38,592 nucleotides of DNA, taken from the NCBI GenBank assembly GCA_023245265.1, contig JAHFKQ010000002.1, forward strand, positions 1-38,592. The letters are read 5' to 3'. Shown one piece after another: positions 15,416 to 25,147 of the stretch. Within the stretch, counting starts at the first letter, position 1. Every line of letters begins with the position of its first letter. This DNA comes from Candidatus Collierbacteria bacterium (GTDB lineage Bacteria; Patescibacteriota; Microgenomatia; UBA1400; MFAQ01). Position numbers and translations under genes: made by a program. Under the pieces are notes generated by a model. The model had not been told where the DNA came from. It ran no database searches and saw only the letters and a program-made list of their open reading frames with translations.

Positions 15416-16904
15416 AGTTCTTTGGCTACTCGGTTTAGCTGTTACCACTCTGGCTTTGTTTTTCTTTTTTAGACTTTTCAGATTGAATACCGTTCCGGTT
15501 TTTGTCGACGAAGCCATTTATGTCCGTTGGTCTCAGGTCATGCGTACGGAACCAACACTCCGTTTTCTTCCGCTTCAGGACGGTAAACAACCACTTTTTA
15601 TGTGGGCCACCATTCCTTTTTTGAAATTCGTGTCGGATCCTTTAGTTGGAGCTAGACTGCTCTCTGTCTTGGCTGGGGTTGGGTCTCTCGTTGGTCTTGG
15701 GGTCTTGTCTTATCTTCTTTTTTCCGATATTTTTATTGCTCTCTTTAGTACTCTGATCTATGCCATTGTTCCCTTTACCATGTTTTTTGATCGCATGGCC
15801 TTGGCGGATAGTTTATTGGCCTCGTTTGGCCTCTGGTCATTGATTTTTGCCTATCAATTTGCCAAAACTCTGAAAGTTGAGTTTGCCATGTTTCTGGGTT
15901 TTGCCATTGGTGGGGGACTTTTGACCAAGTCACCGGCCATGATTTACTATCCTTGGGCTCTGTTGGCTTTGATATTTTTTGTGGACCACTCAAAGTTAAA
16001 CCGGTCTAACATCATCAAAATTTTCTGGGGTCTCTTTTTGGCTTTAGTGATCTCTCAAGGTATGTATGCCATTCTCCGCCTGGGTGTAGGCTTTCAAATG
16101 ATCGGGGCTCGAAATCAAGATTATGTTTATTCATTTAAAGAAGTTCTTGGTCATCCGTTTATGCCACTGCTGGAAAATCTAACCAAAACCGCCGACTGGC
16201 TTTTTTTACTTCTCTCACCCACGGTTTTAATTCTGGGTCTTCTGGGATTTCTTAATCCCAAAACCAGGCGTCAATATCTTTTTCTGATTCTGATTTCTTT
16301 GCTGCCTCTCTTATTTCAAGCCTTCATCGCCAAGGTTTATACCAGCCGCTACATTCTTTATGCCGTATTGCCTTTGATTCCTTTGGCGGGACTTGGTCTT
16401 CATTGGTTGTCGAGCCGCAAAGGGCGTTTAATTCAAGCCTCCATTGTTTTATTTCTCTCCGTCCCTCTCATTTTGAGCTTTGTTTATCTCTTAAACCCGG
16501 AGATAGCTCCCATGTCTTTCGACATGCGCAGTGGTTATTTCTCGGAGTGGACAGCCGGCACCGGACAAAAGGAGGTGGCCAATTATTTACTCACCGAAGA
16601 AGCCAAAGGCAAGAAGATAGTCGTCTTCACCGAAGGTACTTTTGGGACACTGCCGGATGGTTTACAAATCTATACCGAGGGGCACCCCAATATTACTATC
16701 GTGGGCTCGACACCAAATATTTTTGAAATTCCATCCGGTCTATTAAACACGGCCAAGACCAATGACCGTTTCTTCGTGCTCAATTCATCCCGGAATCATT
16801 TACCCGCGTCCGAAATGGCCAAGTTGGAGCTTATAAAATCCTATCCCAAATTTACTCGGCCCGATGGCTCGTTCGAGTCTCTGCTTTTCTTCCGCCTGAA
16901 ATAA
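15402..16904 (+). CDS. GT-C polytopic membrane glycosyltransferase (PMT_2/ArnT-like, GT39/GT83-type)
   Basis: 14-nt overlap with the upstream GT2. First loop VPVFVDEAIYVRWSQ (DE motif typical of PMT/ArnT-like enzymes). More than 10 TM. C-terminal soluble domain. Confidence 0.7.
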   Translation: MTKNKVLWLLGLAVTTLALFFFFRLFRLNTVPVFVDEAIYVRWSQVMRTEPTLRFLPLQDGKQPLFMWATIPFLKFVSDPLVGARLLSVLAGVGSLVGLGVLSYLLFSDIFIALFSTLIYAIVPFTMFFDRMALADSLLASFGLWSLIFAYQFAKTLKVEFAMFLGFAIGGGLLTKSPAMIYYPWALLALIFFVDHSKLNRSNIIKIFWGLFLALVISQGMYAILRLGVGFQMIGARNQDYVYSFKEVLGHPFMPLLENLTKTADWLFLLLSPTVLILGLLGFLNPKTRRQYLFLILISLLPLLFQAFIAKVYTSRYILYAVLPLIPLAGLGLHWLSSRKGRLIQASIVLFLSVPLILSFVYLLNPEIAPMSFDMRSGYFSEWTAGTGQKEVANYLLTEEAKGKKIVVFTEGTFGTLPDGLQIYTEGHPNITIVGSTPNIFEIPSGLLNTAKTNDRFFVLNSSRNHLPASEMAKLELIKSYPKFTRPDGSFESLLFFRLK

Positions 16905-16919
16905 CCGGCTTTCCCTGTA

Positions 16920-16925
16920 TATAAT
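16920..16925 (+). promoter_or_regulatory. -10 box TATAAT, 8 nt upstream of ATG 16934
   Basis: Read directly in the 29-nt spacer. Confidence 0.45.
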
Positions 16926-16933
16926 TAACTTAC

Positions 16934-18637
16934 ATGCGTTATTTCTTTTCTACCATTTCTTCTCTCGCCCGCTTTTTCTGGCGATACCGGATTTTAGTGG
17001 TTTTGTTTATTCTCATTATTCCGGCTTTCCAAGATCTGCTTCACCCCGGCTTTTTCCCGATGCACGATGACCTTCAGGTCTTTCGTCTTTTTCAAGTCGA
17101 TAAATGTGTACATGATGGTCAGCTTCCCTGCCGCTGGGTCCCGGATGCTGGCTTCGGCTATGGCTATCCCTTGATGCAATTTTATCCTCCGATGCCTTAT
17201 TACCCCATGGAACTGTTGGTCCTTCTGGGACTTGGTTTTTTCTGGCCGGTCAAAATTATTTTTGCCTTGGCCTTTATTTTTTCGGCTTTCGGAATGTTTC
17301 TCCTGGCCAGAGAATTTTTTGGCAAATGGGGTGGTTTAATTGCCTCGGTAATTTATGTCTACTCTCCTTATCACTCGGTTGATATTTATGTCCGTGGAGC
17401 TCTCAACGAGGCCTGGGGTATGGTATGGTTCCCTTTTGTCTTGCTGTATCTCTATCGTTTGATCAAAGATGACAAAAAACTGCGCAATTTCATACTTCTC
17501 AGTGTCGCCATCGCTCTGCAGATCACTTCACATAATGTCATGACCATGGTTTTCGCCCCTTCGGCCATTCTCTGGGCTCTCTTTTGGCTTTGGCGTACTC
17601 GGAAAATTCAACCTTTAAAAGCCTTAATTCTCTCCGGTATTTTTGGTGTCGGGTTGGCGGCTTTTTTCTTTGTCCCGGTAGTTTTGGAACAAAAGTTTGT
17701 TCATGTGGATTCGATGATGGTTGGCTATTTCAATTATTTAGCTCACTTTGCCGATATTAAACAACTTTTCCTTTCCCGATTCTGGGGGTATGGAGGTTCT
17801 ACCTGGGGTCCGGAAGATGGCATGTCTTTTGCCATCGGTCATATCCAATGGCTGGCCGCCTTTCTCGCCGCGCTGGTCGCTTTCTTCCGGTTGAAAAAAG
17901 CACGAACGACTTCACTGATGATCATCATGGTAGTTTTTCTGGGTTTAGTTTATGCTTTTCTCTCACATGGTCGGTCCGTCGAAATCTGGAAAGTCATCCC
18001 TCTTCTTCAATACGCCCAGTTCCCGTGGCGGTTAGTGGCCCTGATCGTTTTTTACTTTTCCTTCGCTTCAGGTTATCTCGCCACTCTAACCTTACCAAAA
18101 TTTTCCAGGCCCATTTTATTTACCCTTCTGATTTTGGGCACCATTCTGTGGAATATCGAGTTTTTCCATGTCGAGAGACACACCCGTATTACTTTGGGTG
18201 AAAAACTTTCCGGCCTCGCTTGGGAGAATCAAGTCACTGGCGGCATTTTCGATTACTTACCTCGTTCCGCTCCCAAACCCCCCGGAGCCCCCGCCTTTAC
18301 GATCCCCATTTTTGTCGAAGGTTTAGGGGGAGTTGAGAGTTTCCGGTCGGGTACCAATTGGATGAACTTTGCCGTTTTAGTTTCTTCACCTTCTGCTAAA
18401 GTGATGCTCCCTCTTTATACTTATCCCGGTCTGGTTACCAAAGTCGATGGTCAAAAAGTTCTTACCGAGATCGATCCTGATTTGGGTCGAGTAGTGGTGA
18501 CTGTCGGCCAAGGTTTCCACCATCTGGATATCAAGATCGGTTATACCACCGTCCGCTTACTGTCCGATTTAGTGACCCTTTTGTCTCTTGTCATATTAGC
18601 AATGCTCATCTCTCATGATCGAAAACACCCCGCCTGA
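16934..18637 (+). CDS. Large polytopic membrane protein, GT-C-like (resembles the 'PTPS-related' integral membrane family)
   Basis: First loop FFPMHDDLQVFRLFQ...RWVPDAGFGYGYPLMQFYPPMPYY, similar to the W.P...GYP..FYPP..YY signature I associate with that family. About 12 TM plus a C-terminal ~150-aa beta-rich domain and a final TM. Confidence 0.5.
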   Translation: MRYFFSTISSLARFFWRYRILVVLFILIIPAFQDLLHPGFFPMHDDLQVFRLFQVDKCVHDGQLPCRWVPDAGFGYGYPLMQFYPPMPYYPMELLVLLGLGFFWPVKIIFALAFIFSAFGMFLLAREFFGKWGGLIASVIYVYSPYHSVDIYVRGALNEAWGMVWFPFVLLYLYRLIKDDKKLRNFILLSVAIALQITSHNVMTMVFAPSAILWALFWLWRTRKIQPLKALILSGIFGVGLAAFFFVPVVLEQKFVHVDSMMVGYFNYLAHFADIKQLFLSRFWGYGGSTWGPEDGMSFAIGHIQWLAAFLAALVAFFRLKKARTTSLMIIMVVFLGLVYAFLSHGRSVEIWKVIPLLQYAQFPWRLVALIVFYFSFASGYLATLTLPKFSRPILFTLLILGTILWNIEFFHVERHTRITLGEKLSGLAWENQVTGGIFDYLPRSAPKPPGAPAFTIPIFVEGLGGVESFRSGTNWMNFAVLVSSPSAKVMLPLYTYPGLVTKVDGQKVLTEIDPDLGRVVVTVGQGFHHLDIKIGYTTVRLLSDLVTLLSLVILAMLISHDRKHPA

Positions 18638-20093
18638 CGCCCCTTCGGTGCTAGAGTTTCAAGAAGTCAAACGCCGTTCAATTTCCGGTGTTCTGGCCCT
18701 CATTTCGCGAACTTTCATTATTCAGATAATTTCTTTTGTTGCTACTCTGGCCCTCACCATTTTTCTGGATCCGAATACCTATGGTATCTTCTATTTGGTC
18801 TCCTCGGTCGTCAATTTCTTGGGCTATTTTTCCGACATTGGTCTCGCGGCCGCTCTGATCCAAAAGAAAGAGGGGATTACCAAAGAAGATCTGGCCACCA
18901 CTTTTACGATTCAACAAATTTTGGTCGTCTCTCTTCTCATTATTCTTTTTATTCTTTCTCCCTTTATCCGGACTCAATATGGGATCGATCAAGCTGGCAT
19001 GTATCTTCTTTATGCCATGGGAGTTTCCCTTTTTCTTAGTTCTCTCAAAACTATTCCCTCCATCATGCTGGAAAGGGAGATTAAATTTAACAAACTTATT
19101 TTGCCTCAGGTTTTGGAAACCCTCACCTTCAATGCTTTAGCAGTTTTCTTGGCGTGGCAAGGCTTTGGGGTGACCGCCTTTACTTTTGCTGTTTTGGGTC
19201 GGGGGGTAGTCGGTCTTATTGCGATGTATCTGGTTTATCCTTGGCGGCCCTCCCTCGGTATTAATCGGGCCTCTCTTAAACATCTTTTGCGTTTTGGTCT
19301 GCCCTACCAAGCGAATACTTTTTTAGCTGTTTTAAAAGATGATGGTATGACTATAATTCTCACTAAGTTTATTGGTACTCAGGGCCTCGGCTATATCGGT
19401 TGGGCTTCTCGTTGGGCGGGTTTACCTTTGCGGATTGTGATGGACAATCTCACCAAAGTTTCCTTCCCGACTTTCGCTCGTCTTCAACATGACAAGGAGA
19501 AGCTCGCTCACGCTGTCGAAATTAGTCTGAAATATATGTGTTTATTGGCCTTTCCCATCTTAGCCGGGATGGGCTTTGTGGCTTTACCGATGACTCACCT
19601 GATCCCTCGCTACGCCAAGTGGCTCCCGGCGATTATTCCCCTCTATCTCTATCTCTATAACTCCGCCTGGGCCAGTATCAGTACCAGTCTCACCAATTTA
19701 CTAAATGCCACCGGTCATATCAAGTCCACCTTCAAGCTCATGCTGATGTGGACCGGACTTACCTGGTTGACGATGCCTTTCTTGGCGATCAAATTGGGCT
19801 ATATGGGAGTGGCTTATGCCACCGGCCTTATAGCCACTTCCTCGATCGTGACGATCTTTATGGCCAAGTCCCATGTCAATTTTAATATCTTTACCATCAT
19901 CCGGACTCCTCTTAGTGCTACCTTCCTGATGTCTGTCTTTTTATTCTTTACCTCTCGGTTTATCACTTCGTTCCCCTTGCTGGCCGTCATCATTCTGTCA
20001 TCAATCGCTTTTTATACTCTGGCCATTTTCCTTTTGGAGGGCAAATCGTTTTTTACGGAGACACTTAATTACTTTAAGATAAAACATGCTTAG
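18615..20093 (+). CDS. Wzx-like oligosaccharide/polysaccharide flippase (MOP superfamily)
   Basis: About 14 TM. N-terminal ISGVLALISRTFIIQIISFVATLALTIFLDPNTYGIFYLVSS...DIGLAAALIQKKE is typical of polysaccharide biosynthesis/Wzx proteins. Confidence 0.75.
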   Translation: MIENTPPDAPSVLEFQEVKRRSISGVLALISRTFIIQIISFVATLALTIFLDPNTYGIFYLVSSVVNFLGYFSDIGLAAALIQKKEGITKEDLATTFTIQQILVVSLLIILFILSPFIRTQYGIDQAGMYLLYAMGVSLFLSSLKTIPSIMLEREIKFNKLILPQVLETLTFNALAVFLAWQGFGVTAFTFAVLGRGVVGLIAMYLVYPWRPSLGINRASLKHLLRFGLPYQANTFLAVLKDDGMTIILTKFIGTQGLGYIGWASRWAGLPLRIVMDNLTKVSFPTFARLQHDKEKLAHAVEISLKYMCLLAFPILAGMGFVALPMTHLIPRYAKWLPAIIPLYLYLYNSAWASISTSLTNLLNATGHIKSTFKLMLMWTGLTWLTMPFLAIKLGYMGVAYATGLIATSSIVTIFMAKSHVNFNIFTIIRTPLSATFLMSVFLFFTSRFITSFPLLAVIILSSIAFYTLAIFLLEGKSFFTETLNYFKIKHA

Positions 20094-23000
20094 AAAAATA
20101 TTTATTCTTCTTTCCCTGGTCTTTCTGAGCCTCGCTCGTCCGGTACAGGCTTTCAAAGCCGAAACCTTTGTCTCGTTTGCGAACCCTGTCCGAGGTCCGG
20201 AAAATTGGCAGGCCGGCAAACAAGATCCTTTGGCGCTTCCCAAGTTTCAGTACGCCGAGTCCACCGCCTCTGCATATCCCATTACCTGGCTCCTCCGCTA
20301 CGATGCCGTCCGAGACGCTACCATTTCCGCCTTCTTTAATCATCTCTCCGAGATAGATCAAAATCAGACTCTCGGTGCTTTCCTGGAAATTACTCCCCAT
20401 CTAGCCGCCGACGCCGATGTTACCTATCCGGCCGGAATTTCTGTTTTCAACGCTAACCGAATTTTTCTCTCCGGATACTCTGTCATGGATCGAGAAAAAC
20501 TCATCGATACTTACATGGAGTCCTTCTTTGTTCGTTTTGGCATTTATCCCAAGTCGGTTTCCGCTTGGCACTTGGATAGTTCTTCTCTGCAGTACCTACA
20601 GACCAAGTATTCGGTCCTGATCGCCATGAACTGTGACGATCAATACAGTACGGATCATTATCGTCTTTGGGGCGGGTACCTTGGGAGTCCTTACTTCCCG
20701 GACAAAAATAATTCTCTGGTACCGGCGAGTAGTTTGCAGAATCGTGTCAATCTCGCCATGGTCCGCTGGGCCCAGCGAGACCTCTTTAACTTTTATGGCG
20801 CCGGTTCTTCCTCGCTCTCATCGATTCAAGTCAACGATTACTTGGCCCAAGGACAGACGACTAAGTACTTTGAAAAATTATTGGCTACCTATGGTCAAAA
20901 ATCGTTCAATGAATTTACTTATCTCAATATTGGTCTGGAAAATGATTACGATCTCAAAACATATAAGACCGAAATAAAAAATGTTTTTCAAGTACTAAAA
21001 AAAGAGCAGGGTCAATACAACTTACATTTCATCTCCCTCGGCGGTTTTGGCGATTGGTTTAAAGCTCGTTATCCGGAAAGTACTCCTGCTTATTATTACG
21101 AATCGGCCGATCCCAAGGGTCTTTCCACCGGCAAAGTCTTTTGGTACCAAAGTCCTTTTTACCGTCTTGGCCTAAGATCTGAAAATGGCGTTACCAAGAT
21201 TATTGATTTCCGGGTTTACAATCGGGAAATTTATGAAGACTACCTCGTTACCCCCAATCAAAGTCTGGATCTTTTCCAGGAAATTCCAGCCGTTGTCGAC
21301 TCCATCAAGAGTCCCGGGTCGGAACTGATTTTAGACTTCGATATGGCCCGGGCCATTACTGTCCACTCCAAACAATGGGACAACTGGCAGATCGGCTTTC
21401 AGCTGGGTGAAAAATCATTTACTCTGTATCCGGACCATATTTCTTTTAGCGGTTTTGTTTCCCCGACACTTGCATCTAAGGATCTAACCATCGTGACCAA
21501 GAAGTCCGGCACTACTTGGTATCTAAATCCCTACACTCCTTTTAAAAATACCACTTCGTTTACTTGGCTCTTCTGGCTTATCCTCCTGCTAGTTATCGGC
21601 AAAATCATTGGAAAAATAAAAAAAACCGGTCAACCAAAATTACCTCTTTATCTTGCCCTGGGCTTAACGGTCGCTCTCCTAGCCGGTCTGACGGTTTTTC
21701 GTAATGGTTTACTTTATCCGTTTGGTATGGGTTTCTGGGGTCCGAATGGTCACGACGCTATTTTCCATCTTTCTCTCATCGAGAACTTTGCCCAAAGTCC
21801 TTTCAGTTTTTCTCATCCCCAAATTGCCGGAGAGAGAATCTCCAATTACCATTTTCTTTTCGATTTTCTTTCCGGTCTCACGGTCAAACTTTTTGGTATC
21901 TCGTCACTGGACTTTTATTTCCGTCTTTTTCCAATTCTCGCCGGCATCGCGATAGTCTTCTTGCTTGATAAATTACTCCACCTCTGGCATTACTCGCGTC
22001 AAGAGAGGCTCCTCTCCTTAGTCTTGGTCTTTTTGGCCGGGTCTTTCGGCTTTATCCCGAAGCTTCTGACGGGGCAAGACTTCTTCACCGGTGAATCGGC
22101 CTTCTGGTCCAATCAATCCGTCTCCATATTTCTCAATCCTCCTTATGCTCTTTCTCTCATTGTCCTTCTCTCTTTCTTGCTTGTGCTGGCGAAGAAGGAG
22201 GAGTCTGTATCAACTTTTCCAATCTTTGGACTTTCCCTTCTCGGTGGTTTCCTGGCCCAAACCAAGATTTACGCTTTTATCCTACTTCTGGGGGCTTTAC
22301 TTTTTTCCAAAAAATACAAGTTATTTTTTGGAGTTCTCTTGGTCGGCATTCTCATTTCCTTGCCCTTCACCACCCTTGGTGGTGCCTCTCCTTTCGTCTT
22401 TTCTCCCCTTTGGTTCCCCCGCAGTCTCTTTGCTTCGTTTGACCGTTTTTACTGGCCCCGGTTAGTTTCCGCTTGGCAGACCTACGAGGCTTCAGGCAAC
22501 TTTATCAAACTCAGTCTGATTAATCTTTTTGCCTTAGGGATTTTTTTACTGGGCAATCTGGGTTTCCGGTTTTTGGGACTAATTCAATTGGCCAAGTCCA
22601 AAGCTAATGGTCTTTCGGAAACTCTGGTTCGTTGGCTGGTTATTTTTGGGCTTCTTATTCCTTTAGTCTTCGTTCAAAATATCAATCCTTGGAACACAAT
22701 TCAGTTCTCGTACTACGCCTTATTTTTCCTGGGTATTTTTACCGCCAAAGCCTTAGTCAAGATCAACCCATTTCTTTTTCTACCCATTCTTCTTCTTACT
22801 CTTCTGACTTCAGTGGGTACGCTAAAAGATTATCTGGGTTCTTTCTCCGCCTCTCGTGTTAGTTACACCGAGCTGAGTGCTCTGGATAAGCTTCGCGACC
22901 AACCATCAGGTATTGTTCTCTCGGCCGTTTTTAATCCTCGTCTCGCTGGCACAGTTTACGCCCCCAAACCCTTATATGCCTATGTTTCCACCGCTTATAT

Positions 23001-23262
23001 CTCGGCTCTTTCCGCCAAACCGGAGTTTCTCTCCGATATGATCAATCTCGACATCACCGGTTTCGACTACCGGTCCCGCAGTCGCGATACCCAAAGATTT
23101 TTTAATACCGAAGATAAAGCTTGGGCCATCGAGTTCCTGACTAAAAATAAGATTAGTTTCGTTTATGAAACTCCACTCCAAAGAATAAAGTTATCTCCAT
23201 CTGATCTAAAGCTGACCAAAATCTTTGACTCGGGTGAAATAAACATCTATAAATTTAACTAG
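20086..23262 (+). CDS. 1058-aa tripartite envelope protein: signal peptide plus ~480-aa extracytoplasmic domain, ~14-TM GT-C/polymerase-like core, and ~170-aa C-terminal soluble domain
   Basis: N-terminus MLRKIFILLSLVFLSLARPVQA (signal-like). Soluble region to about aa 490. Hydrophobic core starts at FTWLFWLILLLVIG with the loop motif GFWGPNGHDAIFHLS. C-terminal domain SYTELSALDKLRDQ...EINIYKFN. 8-nt overlap with the flippase gene. Confidence 0.55.
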   Translation: MLRKIFILLSLVFLSLARPVQAFKAETFVSFANPVRGPENWQAGKQDPLALPKFQYAESTASAYPITWLLRYDAVRDATISAFFNHLSEIDQNQTLGAFLEITPHLAADADVTYPAGISVFNANRIFLSGYSVMDREKLIDTYMESFFVRFGIYPKSVSAWHLDSSSLQYLQTKYSVLIAMNCDDQYSTDHYRLWGGYLGSPYFPDKNNSLVPASSLQNRVNLAMVRWAQRDLFNFYGAGSSSLSSIQVNDYLAQGQTTKYFEKLLATYGQKSFNEFTYLNIGLENDYDLKTYKTEIKNVFQVLKKEQGQYNLHFISLGGFGDWFKARYPESTPAYYYESADPKGLSTGKVFWYQSPFYRLGLRSENGVTKIIDFRVYNREIYEDYLVTPNQSLDLFQEIPAVVDSIKSPGSELILDFDMARAITVHSKQWDNWQIGFQLGEKSFTLYPDHISFSGFVSPTLASKDLTIVTKKSGTTWYLNPYTPFKNTTSFTWLFWLILLLVIGKIIGKIKKTGQPKLPLYLALGLTVALLAGLTVFRNGLLYPFGMGFWGPNGHDAIFHLSLIENFAQSPFSFSHPQIAGERISNYHFLFDFLSGLTVKLFGISSLDFYFRLFPILAGIAIVFLLDKLLHLWHYSRQERLLSLVLVFLAGSFGFIPKLLTGQDFFTGESAFWSNQSVSIFLNPPYALSLIVLLSFLLVLAKKEESVSTFPIFGLSLLGGFLAQTKIYAFILLLGALLFSKKYKLFFGVLLVGILISLPFTTLGGASPFVFSPLWFPRSLFASFDRFYWPRLVSAWQTYEASGNFIKLSLINLFALGIFLLGNLGFRFLGLIQLAKSKANGLSETLVRWLVIFGLLIPLVFVQNINPWNTIQFSYYALFFLGIFTAKALVKINPFLFLPILLLTLLTSVGTLKDYLGSFSASRVSYTELSALDKLRDQPSGIVLSAVFNPRLAGTVYAPKPLYAYVSTAYISALSAKPEFLSDMINLDITGFDYRSRSRDTQRFFNTEDKAWAIEFLTKNKISFVYETPLQRIKLSPSDLKLTKIFDSGEINIYKFN

Positions 23263-23264
23263 TT

Positions 23265-24182
23265 ATGCCAAAAATAAAAATTTCGGCCGTCATCAATACC
23301 AGGAACGAAGCGGAAAATATATTTGCCTGTTTAAAAACTCTTAAGTTTTGCGATGAAATCGTGGTGGTAGATATGGAGTCCGAGGACAAGACCAAGGAAA
23401 TTGCCGCCGAGTTTACCGACCGAATTTATGATCACACGATGGTGGGCTATGTCGAACCGGCCCGAAACTTCGCTATCAATAAGGCTTTGGGGGACTGGAT
23501 CTTTATCATCGATGCCGATGAGCGAGTCCCAAAAACTCTGGCCGCCAGGCTCATTGAGATTGCCGATGAAAATACGGTGGACTTCGTCCGGATTCCCCGG
23601 AAAAACCTCGTCTTTGGTCAGTGGCTCCAGCATTCCCGCTGGTGGCCCGATCACAACATTCGTTTTTTCAAAAAAGGTTCGGTTGAATGGCATGATGAAA
23701 TCCACTCGGTACCGGTGACCTACGGGACAGGTTTGACCCTACCGGACGAACCAGCCCTGGCTCTTGAGCATCTCCATTACCGGACTATTGACGAATATTT
23801 TACCCGCGCCCTTCGTTATTCCTCTCAACAAGCCAAGGAATTGATTGACTCCGGTTACAAATTTGAGCCGGCCGATTTAATCTCCAAGCCACTCGGGGAG
23901 TTCCTCTCCCGTTTTTTTGCCGGTGAGGGCTATAAGGATGGTTTGCATGGTTTGGTGATGGCCTTTCTCCAGTTTTTTTCCATACTTCTCGTTTATCTTA
24001 AAGTCTGGCAGGCAGAAGAAAATCCTCCGGTCAAGGAGAGAGTTTTTACACCGGTCTGGCAGACCGTTTTTCGGGCCAAATTTCGGGAAATCCATTACTG
24101 GTTTTTGACGACTCTGATCCAGGAATCGCGGTCCGGAGTCCGGGTATTTTTCTTGAAGCTCCGTCGCCGTCTCCTCAAATAG
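23265..24182 (+). CDS. GT2 glycosyltransferase (WaaE/KdtX-like subgroup)
   Basis: ISAVINTRNEAENI...CDEIVVVDMESEDKT...FIIDADERVP (DxDE). Paralogous to the 25148 gene. Confidence 0.75.
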   Translation: MPKIKISAVINTRNEAENIFACLKTLKFCDEIVVVDMESEDKTKEIAAEFTDRIYDHTMVGYVEPARNFAINKALGDWIFIIDADERVPKTLAARLIEIADENTVDFVRIPRKNLVFGQWLQHSRWWPDHNIRFFKKGSVEWHDEIHSVPVTYGTGLTLPDEPALALEHLHYRTIDEYFTRALRYSSQQAKELIDSGYKFEPADLISKPLGEFLSRFFAGEGYKDGLHGLVMAFLQFFSILLVYLKVWQAEENPPVKERVFTPVWQTVFRAKFREIHYWFLTTLIQESRSGVRVFFLKLRRRLLK

Positions 24183-24202
24183 GCGGGAGAACCTAAACCA
24201 TA

Positions 24203-24208
24203 TATAAT
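24203..24208 (+). promoter_or_regulatory. -10 box TATAAT, 8 nt upstream of ATG 24217
   Basis: Read directly in the 34-nt spacer. Confidence 0.45.
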
Positions 24209-24216
24209 GTAGGTAC

Positions 24217-25146
24217 ATGAAAATCGCCTTTATTACCGTGGGTTTCCATAGCGATGAAGATACTCTTGAAGTGGTCGCCCAGCTTGAAGCCAACACTCTC
24301 CCTTCCGACACCGAAATTTTTATCTACTGCGTAGATAATTCTCAGTCCGAGAGCCTTCAAAAAAGACTAACTCGTTTTAAACAGGCTATTTATCTGGCAT
24401 CTCCGGGAAATATTGGCTTTGCCGCCGGTAATAATTTAGGCCTTAAACGCGCTCTACATGACGGTGCCGACCTTATTGTCTTGATCAATAACGATACCGT
24501 CGTTCCCAAAGATTTGGTCAAAAATATTCTAGCTTCTCCTATTACCGAGGAGAAGGTTGGCGTCGTCGGAGGTCTCATATATTTTGCCAAGGGTTTTGAA
24601 TTTAAAGCCCATTACCGGGCAGCAGACTTAGGTAAAGTAATCTGGTACGCCGGGGGGCATCATGATTGGAATAATGTTTACGCCAGTCATGTGGGAGTAG
24701 ATGAAGTCGACCATGGTCAGTATGATAAAGTCTCCGATACCGACTTTGTCACCGGCTGTCTTTTTATTGTCAGAGCCTCTGTTTTAAAGGAAGTTGGTTT
24801 ATTTGATGAACGCTACTGTCTTTACTTTGAAGACTCCGATCTTTGTGCCCGTATCAAAAAAGCCGGTTACCGTTTAGTCGTCGATCCCAAGATAAAGATT
24901 GGTCATAAAGTAGCTCAAAGTTCGGGAATTGGTTCACCTCTAAATGATTATTTTCTCACCCGCAACCGCTTTCTTTTTGGTATGTCGTACGCTAGTTTCA
25001 GAACAAAGTTCGCTCTTTTCCGGGAGGCTCTCAAAAAACTTTTTATTGGTACTCCGGCGCAGAAAATTGCCACTCGGGATTTTCTTCTGGGTAATTATGG
25101 CTGGGGTAGCTGGAACAAAAAAGTCTCGGTACCGGGCAAAAAATAA
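24217..25146 (+). CDS. GT2 glycosyltransferase, WbbL/RfbF-like (candidate rhamnosyltransferase)
   Basis: IAFITVGFHSDEDT, NIGFAAGNNLG, LINNDTVV, GCLFIVRASV, YFEDSDLCARIKKAGYRL. This motif set is typical of dTDP-rhamnosyl-transferase-type GT2 enzymes. Confidence 0.75.
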   Translation: MKIAFITVGFHSDEDTLEVVAQLEANTLPSDTEIFIYCVDNSQSESLQKRLTRFKQAIYLASPGNIGFAAGNNLGLKRALHDGADLIVLINNDTVVPKDLVKNILASPITEEKVGVVGGLIYFAKGFEFKAHYRAADLGKVIWYAGGHHDWNNVYASHVGVDEVDHGQYDKVSDTDFVTGCLFIVRASVLKEVGLFDERYCLYFEDSDLCARIKKAGYRLVVDPKIKIGHKVAQSSGIGSPLNDYFLTRNRFLFGMSYASFRTKFALFREALKKLFIGTPAQKIATRDFLLGNYGWGSWNKKVSVPGKK

Positions 25147-25147
25147 T

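Noticed and set aside
24944-25147. Long N-terminal extensions of track ORFs: 24944 for the GT2 at 25148, 14056 for orn, 6365 for the 6479 gene, 36765 for the 36777 gene, and 1247, 2423 and 11910 for their respective genes.
   Set aside because: The extensions overlap the upstream gene, add no family-typical sequence, and often rely on TTG or GTG. The in-frame ATGs give canonical N-termini (for example MKLSIIILARN for the GT2, or an ATGA coupling for orn) and fit the -10 spacing pattern.
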